DNA from: Trypethelium eluteriae
Lineage: Eukaryota
Assembly: GCA_051942245.1 (NCBI GenBank)
Contig: JAVECL010000168.1
Span: 1 to 40,788 of the forward strand
DNA length: 40,788 nt
Direction of reading: 5' to 3'
Part shown: positions 24,664 to 34,309 of the stretch, one piece after another
Layout of the letters: the number at the start of each line of letters is the position of its first letter
How positions within the stretch are numbered: the first letter of the stretch is position 1
Translations under genes and position numbers: made by a program
Notes under the pieces: model-generated
Databases searched by the model: none
Told to the model about the DNA's origin: nothing
Seen by the model: only the letters and a program-made list of their open reading frames with translations

Positions 24664-25348
24664 GTGGGAATCATTCCAAAAATTGCTCTTGACTACCGTT
24701 CAGGAACACCTTCGTGAGATATTGGTCACACAGACAGTTATGGGAATCAATTTTGAAGAACATTAAGGCATCAATCCATTTGAGCGGGCCAGAAAGTCTT
24801 GCAGGAGAATGCATTGACCGTGGGAATCAACCCATTCTCTATGCTTGATGACTTGCTGGGTTGGACAAGCTAGCGAAGACCGCACAGCATTTCAGAAACG
24901 ACGTGGGAATTGAGTAGCTCCAAGCCAGCGGGAATCTCTGCCCGTCGATCGGTTGATGTAGCATTTTTGGCGTCATCCCGTGAGAGTCAAGCTCGGGATG
25001 CAGCCCGCTGGCTCTGGACTCAAAGTGACTAGCAGGTCTTCGTTACGGCTCAATCTCTTAAGGAGCGCGATAAGTTCTCTTCAATATTAGAGCAAGGAGT
25101 CAGCGAACTATTGCGTATTGAAGGTTGGACTCGCTGCGCCGACATCTAGGCGTCGGTGCCCCTTGACGCCAAGCCAAGGAAAGTGGCTGAAACCCCACCC
25201 TCGCCCCGATCCCCACGGTGCCACGATTCCCACGATTCCCTCCCACGATTCCCACGATTCCCGTCTTTTCATTGGCACAGCCAAATACTCCCGTACCCAC
25301 AGCTGCAACTATCTGTGCAGAAGCGAATACTCAAGAAGGATGGGAATC
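24664..25348. promoter_or_regulatory. Cluster of (C)GTGGGAATC motifs upstream of the ankyrin/zinc-finger gene
   Basis: Plus-strand copies with TGGGAAT starting at 24665, 24741, 24821, 24904 and 25341, plus CGGGAATC at 24929 and CGTGAGAGTC at 24979. Inverted tandem copies (GATTCCCACG) at 25208-25262. Confidence 0.6.
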
Positions 25349-25509
25349 GATACGCCCGTTTGCCCTTCCTTTGCTGTTGCCTTGGCACGGCACGACTGGA
25401 TGGTATAAGAGCAGGCTGGGTGCTCAGTCTTTTTCTTTTTTAGTAGAAGTTACTAGGATATCTTGCGCGAATTACACTTTGCGTTGTTCCTGAGATAACA
25501 AGGCTGACT

Positions 25510-28500
25510 ATGTTAAGTCGAGAATCCTCACATTTTCTTACATATGCGGATCAGAGTAGAGATTGGACCGATCGTGTTGTCCATGGAATTCTGCTCGCTC
25601 CATTCACCCAGAAGCCGCAGTCTCGACCCTCGTACACCTCTCAATCGCCAACTGCTCCCTTCAAATTTGATTCCTTTTGTCCTTACGGTCCATTGAAGCG
25701 CGGGTATGGCAAATACTCCCAGTTTACCGGTCATTCGTCAAACTGCCACCCGACATCATGCTTTCGTTTAGTAGAGACCTCTGAAAAGTAGGAATCTCGG
25801 AATTTCAGACATCAAAGGTATATATTCATCTTGTTAACGTTTTGACAGTGGCCACGTGTTCATCGGAGACTCATTCGGCGATCACACCTGGATAGATGCT
25901 GCTGGGTCTCGATCTCGATCCTGTTCACCTCCATGTCTTTGCCATAGGCTAGACGAGAACTTTCCGTTCACGGTGTCGAAATCGCTAACGGCCATAACAG
26001 TGGAAATACATCCTCAACGCCTGCAGAGTAATGTCATCCAAGCCATTGATGTGGTGGGGTCGACCATGTGTAGGAATGGCGAAACGTTCTGTGGGTTCTG
26101 CTTGCTTAAGCATCGAAAACTTCTAGCCTCTCAATTAGTTCGCTTGCGCATGTGGAATGACGAGCGAGAGCTCGGTTATCCTGGCCCAGATCCGCTCGTG
26201 GTCGAATTGGCTCTCCTTGTTGACGGTCTTTTCGGCGATCCTGCAGTGTTTCGAAGCTTTGGATACAAGGAATTGATGACCAGAGGCGTCTTAGACCTTG
26301 ATACATGGAGACAGTATCAAAAATCTAATTTCAGTCGCATGTTCGATGAGTTGCGCACGCAACCTGCGGATGGAAGTTTGGGCCATACCGAGCGTCACGC
26401 AATGGAGAACATTGATATTGATCCGATCAATACAAGTACAGATGATCTTACGGAAGAAGGATGGGATGAGTCCAACGGACTCGACGGTAGCACGTTGGAT
26501 GTTGACCCAGTCGATGCGACGAGACGCTATCCCGACGAAGTTGGAGAGTTTGATGATACCGACGTCTACGAGTTCGGCAAAGTGAGCAGCCAATCGGTAG
26601 AAATAAGCGGAGACAGTCACAATCAAGACAGGGTCGAGGAACAGAGCCCGTGCTACGCTCATCTTCGTCCACGATTTCGGGCCACGGAGATACCGGAGCC
26701 TATCCAACCAAGGACAACCAAAGGTGCTAAGAATTGTCGACTGGAATGCCGTAATGTACACATGTCTTTCTTTCCAAACATCCGGGATGAGGATCGGGAT
26801 GAGTATCCTAGATGTGTGAGCACGACTTTTCCTGACATTGCATGTTTCTCCTGTGGACTGAGTTCAGTAATCCTAAATGATGATTCTTATGATGAAGCGC
26901 CTGAAGACCTCCTCAGCAACAGCATTGACCGAGAATTGTTAAGTGTGGGAATTGCATCTGCACTTACAAGGGCGGCTCTGTATGGCAACTGCGAAAGAGC
27001 AGAGCGACTGCTCGCCTATGGAGCAGATCCAAGCGGCGTGTCTTTTGAAATTTGTGGCTCAAACAGATATCCGCCCTTGTTAGCAGCGATTGTAGGGCGA
27101 AAGAGCTGCATGGTGAGTTTTCTTCTTTCAAAAGGTGCCAGCATCGATATCCTCGGTGATTGCACAGATAATTCACGCTGGATCGTCGTGAAGGCACTAC
27201 TCGATCACGGGATTGACCCGAGTCTACTCTTCGCCAATGCCATGAAATTGGGGAGACAAGATTACAAAGTCTTGTCTGTCTTAGCTGCTGCCCGTGTGGA
27301 CTGCAATCAACCGGACCATACGTGGGTGCATGAGTTGGATGAAGTAACTTCCTCAGTCAAAAAAGTCAGTGAGGAGCTAAGGAAGCTGCAACACTTCATT
27401 GAACGGTCTATGAGGGCAAATGAAGAAGGGCGTACAGCAGACATCATAGCGGCCTTGGATCATGGCTTAGAGCCATCGCTACTTCTCCCAACGGCTCTGT
27501 TCAAGGGAGATGCCGAGCTTGTTGGACTACTATTGGAGACAGGAGCAGACCCAAGGTTGCTCAACTTCCGTCAGAAGTTATCATCTGCGATATCGTCTGA
27601 TCAGCTGCTGCATCTCCTTGATTATGCGCTGCACGCCGATTCTACCCTATTCCTCGAACTTCTTCTAGATCAAAGGGTGCAGTCAATCGTCCCTGGAGAG
27701 TCCTTGGAAAAGCATCCACTTACTGTCGCAGCTTGCAAAGGTAGCCTTACTCTCGCTGACTGGATCATTCGATTTTGTGACGTGCCTGCCTGCGTCAAAG
27801 ATGTCGCTCTGAAGGAAGCTCGAATGAGAGGTAATAGCGCGATCGTCAGCAGATTGCTTCGTGTAGGAACACACTTCCTGGATCAAGACACTGATATGCG
27901 CCAAACAAGCATGGACTTAGACTGGAGCCTTGCGTATGATGAAGATCACCAAGGACCGCCACCCTTATTATTGTTCAATAATGGATTGATATTACCGGGG
28001 TCTGGCTCGATGAATCAAGGGACAGGCTCCCGACGCAAAGCAGCGCGAGAGAATTTGGTGTACAGATACACGTCAGCCGAATATGCTCTATTGTCTGCTG
28101 TGCGCCAGAACCAGTTCTTGGAGGTTCAGGCGATACTGCAACAAGCAGCACGGTTTGAGAAGCGCTGCTCAAAGGTCGACCAGACTGTGCTTAATCTGAA
28201 CGCTGTTGAAGAGGGGGCGACGCCCTTAATGGAGTCCATCCGTGCAGAAAATATCAGAATCGCTAAGCTGTTGATACAATATGGAGCAGATGTCAATACC
28301 ATGCTGCCCACAGGAACACCGCTAAGCCTAGCGGCAGGTTTGGGATCAGAGCCCATGATCCGCTTGATATTAAGAGAACATGGTGACCTGCATGTTGCTA
28401 TCCTGATGTTGAGGACTGTGTGCGCAGAAATCCGGGTTCAGAGGGCGATTTCGAGACTTAATGAAGTCGCACTACGCTGTCAAAATGAGCCCAAAGGATA

Positions 28501-30366
28501 TGTGAAGTCAAGGTACGAGGTCCGACTGCTTCTTCTGCTGGAATTCCGTAGAGAACATGGGGCAATGATGCAAGCCACTGAAAATGTAAAATGGGCAGAT
28601 AAGGATAAACTCGTAGGACGCTTGAAAGCTCTGCGGATGCAAAGGAATGGTATGGATTTCGACGTGTTCAAACGCTGGGCCTACAGTCTTGACCAAAATA
28701 GAGAGAGAGCCTGGAACACCGGTCTCGGTACAATGCAAGACCTCTGCAACGGGACTCTGCCAGTGGACTTGAATCAAACAATCATGTTACTTGGCTTGGC
28801 GAAGTCCATGTCGACTGTTACCCAAGCAAAGAATAACCAGCGCAGGTTCGAGGAGTTCTTTGAGGATCTTCCACGTTGGCAAATCCTTTTCAACGAGGAG
28901 AATGGTATCGGTGATTTGCATGCCTTTGAGGTTGCTGTTTGGTCAATATGGGGGGTTGATTTTAGTCAGACGTCTCCGGAACAAAGAAATGAAGTAGGAT
29001 CCCTCAAGATTGCCCTCGAGCAATTTCAGGACATGGCGCTTAACCTCGTAGGAAAAGTGGATGGACTTTTTCATTCCAGCGAGGTTAACCATGGCGAACT
29101 TGTTCAGGGCCAAAGCGATCGGAGGGACCAAGGGACGGAAGCAAATTCGGCTTCGGTTGCAAATGTTCCTGACAAGAAGCATGAAACGATTCAACAAGAA
29201 CACGACTTTCATCCAGGCCACCATAGCCACGGCAATCCAGATGTATCCGATGAGGAAGAAGTCCTCCGGAATTCTATGCGTAATAATCAAACTTCGAATC
29301 CCTCTGAATGGCTTCTCGTAGTGCTCATGGGCGGAGCAATTTTTGCTTCTGTGTTGATATTTCTTTTGGGTACGTATGATCCTTCCCGCTGACGGGGAAA
29401 AAAATCTAGTATTGATATTTTTAACCTTTCTCCAATAGTATTTGGCAATCCTTTCACAAAGCAGCACGTCCCCTCTGACGATGGCATTCATGTTGTCAGG
29501 AACATTGCCCGTCAGAATCTAAGGGAAGTTACCGCAAATGCCATCCATATGGCAATCTCTTCGTCTGCCATGCCAGAAGCACCAGTTTCATCTTCAACGT
29601 CGCAGACCATTCAAAACGACGTTGCAGCTGCTATTGACGGTAACGTGGTTCAGGACTTTATCAGCCTTCGCAAGTTCTTCCAGGAATACATGGATCAGTA
29701 TTGTCAAGTCAGTAAAATTGCAAGACGCGCACGCCTTTCCATATGGCAGATGAGCTGACAAGTAACAACAGGTGCCAGGGTTCAAGGGTCTTGTCTTGAA
29801 GTCGCTTCAATCGATGCGATCGACTTACTCCGTTCACTTATCGTATCACTTACTCGAAGCGTTATTTGGGATGAAGTACACTACTTGCATAACGACGAGC
29901 AGGTCAGTCTGGACCGCCCAGACTGGCGACTTTGAGAATAATGGTGGTATCATCTCAAATGACTGGAGTCCTCCTGACGCGGTAAGAGAAAAGGATTTAA
30001 CGAGTCTGGGTTCGTCCACAGAGCATACGCCAAGGTAAAGCATAGCGCTGGCTTCGGTATCATGCGTCGTTTGTTGACATGTTGATTGGTTCATTCGAAA
30101 GCGGAAATAGCAATTCATCAACCAATGTCGTACCAAGTAGACAGAGTCGCAGATCGTCCAAAGCCAGGAAGAAGACTTATTGCGATGAATGCCAGTATGA
30201 CTTTGGGACAACGTCCAATTATGGAAAGCACCGGCGAGGATCGAAGCACGAGAATGTCCGCTATTTCTGTAGATTTGGCTGCGGTGCGAGCTATCTGCAA
30301 AAGGGAAATTTGTCGAAGCACGAAAAGAATTGCTATCACCGTTTCCTTCCCCCTCACTGTCCGTGA
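25510..30366 (+). CDS. Large ankyrin-repeat protein with hydrophobic helix and C-terminal C2H2/C2HC zinc fingers, ~1531 aa, 5 exons (25510-25787, 25849-29369, 29439-29707, 29772-30034, 30102-30366)
   Basis: Ankyrin motifs ALTRAALYGN..RLLAYGADP, PPLLAAIVG..FLLSKGASID, HPLTVAACKG, GATPLMESI..LLIQYGADVN, GTPLSLAAGLG. Four GT-AG introns keep frame (4596 nt total). The protein ends with C-x2-C-x12-H-x5-H and C-x3-C-x12-H-x3-C. The first exon is the least certain. Confidence 0.8.
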
Positions 30367-30540
30367 GGCTTACCTCTTTCCAGCAGGAGAGCCACATACA
30401 TTGTATAAGAGATTGGGTGTATTGGAAGAGGAAGAGTCCAAGCCTGTTGGGGTGTCTCATAGTGAACCAAAGTAATAGTCTGAATTCATTGCTGTCTGAT
30501 GTCCGAAGAAACTAGATACAGGTAGGAAGTGAAGGTGTAC

Positions 30541-30573
30541 CTAGGTAGGTACCTACCTACCTACCTACTTACC
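30541..30573. repeat. Inverted (TAGG)n/(CCTA)n microsatellite palindrome
   Basis: ctaggtaggtacctacctacctacctacttacc, centred on GGTACC. Confidence 0.75.
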
Positions 30574-32130
30574 ATCACAGATCCCAACCCAGCTACGAGC
30601 GAAACTTTTGAAGCCACCCTCAACAAAGAATAATGAAGGCTGCATCTACACTTACAGCTTACCTTATCCTCCTAAGCATAGCTCAGCACTCTAACCAAGG
30701 TCGCTACTCTACTAAACGCAGATCACTCTTCCTGGGTTACACCGTACATCTACAGACGCTCGAAACCTAAGCGAGAGGTTCGAAATGAACGGGACGTTGC
30801 TTCTGGAGACCAGTCGCACGTTAAAGGTGCACAGGGTGGTAAGCGAATAGTCTTAACAATACAACTATATTTTCTTAGTCGTCCGCTTCTACCCCTATGT
30901 CCCATCTACCTCCCTGTCACCTGCTGCTTCGCTATCTCCGCATCAGTCGCCTGTCTCCAACCCAATATCAAAATCCTCACCGCCTCGCCCTTTTATGCAG
31001 GACATCAGACGACTGTCAGATATACCGACAACGCAATGGAAGAGGAATGATAGTGCAGCACTAATGGCGGGAAGGAAAATGCTGCATAGTCACCTTGTGG
31101 AGAGCCTAGTGCATATCAAGCTAAAGGGATGTAGAGTCAAGGGGGAAGGTAAAGTTTGCGGGAGGCCGCATCAGGAATTGATTGAGATCAACGGCGGGAG
31201 CAACGGCATGAAGGGAGTTAACGAGGTGTTGAGGAGGTGGGTATAGTGGGATGGGAAGACGGAGATCTAGAGTGGTCAGTACATTGATGCGGCGCGTTGG
31301 GAAGAGACCCTCAGTGTTTGCAAGACTGCATCTACGATGTAATGTCGTCTTTTGGTCCGAATTAATGGTACCTTGCTCGGACCACTCAATATTCGAACAT
31401 CCTACCAGTCTAAAAAACATCATCTACGACTCTCAAATTGGAAAAGTCTGACAAGTTCAGCATCATGAATGATGAAACTTGGCTAAAGTAACATTTTTGA
31501 GGAAGTCCTGGGCGTTCTAGAAAATGTATGTAGAGTAGAGTAGTCCCTGAGATCTGGCTCGTCGAGTTATCGTACAGGCTTACTCAACTTCACGACGCCG
31601 CAACCTATACTCTAGCATCTACAGGTAAATGCTAGACTACACAGTGATGTGAAAAGTCTCCGGTGCTAAGATTTGCGCCTTACAAAATCTATTGCCAACC
31701 CAGTTGCCGATAGAGTACTCTTTGCGGTGTCTCCGACATCCCGGTTTTATGCCAGTACTATCATCGCAGGACAAACCACTTATTTCATTGATGCAATTAT
31801 CGTCATAACAGCAAGAGGGGCCATGATTGGATTGGAAAATGTCGAATTCGGGCGTTCAACCTTGAAGGGGAAGTGCTGGTTTCCGTGTACGATCAATCAG
31901 CATTCTTGTGTAAGCTAGGTGGGGTGATCTAAAGGCTCAAGACTAAACATACGAAATAAGTCTGAGCTGCTCGTCAAATCATAGCTCCGACAACAGATTT
32001 AGGAAGTAGATAATCATATGGACTTACGTTATGATCAGAGGAATGTATTACAGAATTTGAAAAAATTGCTTGACACGCAAAAAAATGTATTTTGACGTAT
32101 TCTTACGTACTGTAACGTTGCAAAGCCTGC

Positions 32131-32141
32131 TTTTTTTTTTT
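32131..32141. repeat. poly-T run in AT-rich intergenic tract
   Basis: T11, preceded by A-tracts at about 32060-32085. Confidence 0.7.
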
Positions 32142-32656
32142 ACTCATCCATCCAATACTGACAAATATGCAGACCAGACCACTAGAATATAGGCTCAATT
32201 TGGACCGCCCAAATCCTTCCCAGTCACTGAGAACACTGCTGTCACTTTTGGGATCAGTCCATAGTAGTAGATACTAAGCACCTGAATCAGTGCTCAAATC
32301 AGGGAGAACGGCTCTATGTGTATTTGCATTGCAGGTTCATTCAGCCACATCGATAACCTCCTCGGCCCAGTCTCACCGCCAAGTCCTCGGCTAACGCATC
32401 GCTGAGCCTCAGCGCTAGCAGTTGACAAAAGATTCGAGCGTTCGTCAAGATTGCCCATATGCGGTAGTTGATAACAGACGAGATGGATTGGCAAAAGAGA
32501 ATCGAGCGGTTGTCAGAGACATTGAAAAAGTATAAGAGAGATGCTTCGGAGCACTGAAGACGACCATCAAAAGATCCTCAGCAATCAACAAAACCGTTCC
32601 AACCCATCACTCTTAACCCACAACCAGCTACCCAAGCCCAAGCCCAAGCAAAAACA

Positions 32657-33095
32657 ATGGTAATCATACAGTGCTGATCCTCTTTCCATCTCTCCCCCCC
32701 TTCTCGCAGCACCTTGCACCCTTGCATCTAACACTCTCCAGGCACGTCTCACCAGCGTTCTCCCACTCTTCTTCGCTCTCTTCAGCAGCACCACTCTCGC
32801 AGTCGAGACCAACGCCGCCATCTACGCCTCCGGCGCCTGCGACAGCACGCCCGTCTACAACGGCGAATACGCCTCGGGCGTATGCCACAACTTCCCCGGT
32901 GGTGCCGGCAAATACGGCGCCAAATTCCAAGACAATGACGGCTGCCAGTACAAAGTCTGGGCGAATCAGGGTTGCACGGGAAGGGCGACGGTGCATACCC
33001 AGAATGGACAGGATTGTATTGCGATCGCGAACAATAATGAGGGGTTTTATTTGACGGGTGGCGGGGCGAGCGTGTCCATTACCTGTGCTTCTTGA
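32657..33095 (+). CDS. Small secreted cysteine-rich protein (118 aa, 6 Cys; effector/antimicrobial candidate), exons 32657-32659 and 32742-33095
   Basis: ATG|GTAATC...CTAAC...CAG|GCA gives MARLTSVLPLFFALFSSTTLA-VETNAAIYASGACDSTPVYNGEYASGVCHNFPGGAGKYGAKFQDNDGCQYKVWANQGCTGRATVHTQNGQDCIAIANNNEGFYLTGGGASVSITCAS*. Good start context (AAAACAATG) and a signal peptide. Confidence 0.85.
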
Positions 33096-34309
33096 AGAGA
33101 GGGAGGACAGCTGTTCTGCTTTTGGCAGTGGAAATAAGACACTTTGATCTGAGTTGGGTTAAAGAGGGAAAGTAGGATGAGGGGAGTAGAAGAAAATTTG
33201 ACAAGGAGATCATATTCTGCAACCTTTGCTTGCTGGAACGCACTTCTCACCTCAGCTATGCATTCATTACATTTTATAGGCTATCAAAAACACTCATTTG
33301 AAATACGCATTCTTGATTTTTTCTCGGGTTTAGGTGTAGAAAGAAAAGTTTTTATGCCGGTTTTTGTTAAGCTAAAAGTGTCGAATCCGAGCTGAACAGC
33401 GTCATCATCGCCAACAGGAACGGTGTCAATGTAAAATTGAGTAGCAGCAGACGCAGGGCATGCGAGGAAGTACATTGCTTGGCGATGAAGGCTGAACTTC
33501 ACAAGACCATATTTCTGAGCGCAAAGATGCTTCAAGCTGTCGACAAGAGCAGAATAGCATTCAGCTGTCACTCAACTGACGGGCTGATGAAAGTCGTAAG
33601 CACCGAAGCCGAACCCTTCGACGAACCGGTTGTTGCGGAATGTTGTTTCGTCTTCTGGACAGACATAAGTTCGGCTCAACAGCAACTGACGTGCAGAGTT
33701 CTTGCACTGCATATTGTATTTCCGTTGATATAGAGAGCCCACGGCGGAAGCGCCGTCATTGTATATTAGCGACGTATTGTGGAGGTCTGTAAGTTGTCTT
33801 TGTTAAGCTTGGATTTTGAGGGTCGAGAAAAGCCTCGGATGAAGTTCGGCTAAACTACTTCAAGGCAAGAGCTAGCCATCGTGGCTCAACCATTAGGGTA
33901 TCTGGTCGCGCCGCTAACACTCCGTAATCTGTGTTATAGTTCCGTGCTGCCAGCTTGCGCTGCATGACGTCTGATCAATCACGTCTCGTCCGAGAGGCCG
34001 CACCGGGCGAAGACATATGGAAGCTCGATGTCAAGCCGAGCCAGCGTGATTTCAATCCAGACCAGCATATCCCTCCAGTATAGTTCTTGGCACGGCCATT
34101 GCTCAACATGACAAGGCTGATTCTGGCCGGTATGCACCCTGCATCGTGGCTTAGCATCCTTCTTCGACTGTCAGCAGATACTAAAAGGTGAATGAACCTT
34201 TCGTTTCGTTCTCTGGGCGTTCATTGTTTTGTTGGGTCGTATACTACCGACGAAACTCCATGAGTATCTAATCCAACAGTTACTGTCAGAAAAGGCTTGG
34301 TGAGCTGAG

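Noticed and set aside
24661..24990. CRISPR array interpretation of the repeat-spacer pattern
   Set aside because: Repeats are only ~9-10 bp and degenerate, spacers are ~70 bp, there are no cas genes and the context is eukaryotic.
25856..29392. Calling the ankyrin protein Spt23/Mga2 or Notch
   Set aside because: No IPT/TIG or EGF/LNR domains seen; the hydrophobic helix is internal and followed by zinc fingers.
30600..32500. Gene-poor, partly AT/TpA-rich stretch as a transposon relic
   Set aside because: No terminal repeats or transposase/RT motifs visible; a RIP-index calculation and repeat-library search would be needed.
32664..33054. ORF-track entries 32664..32996(-) and 32671..33054(+)
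   Set aside because: Shadow frames of the spliced secreted-protein gene in the third frame.
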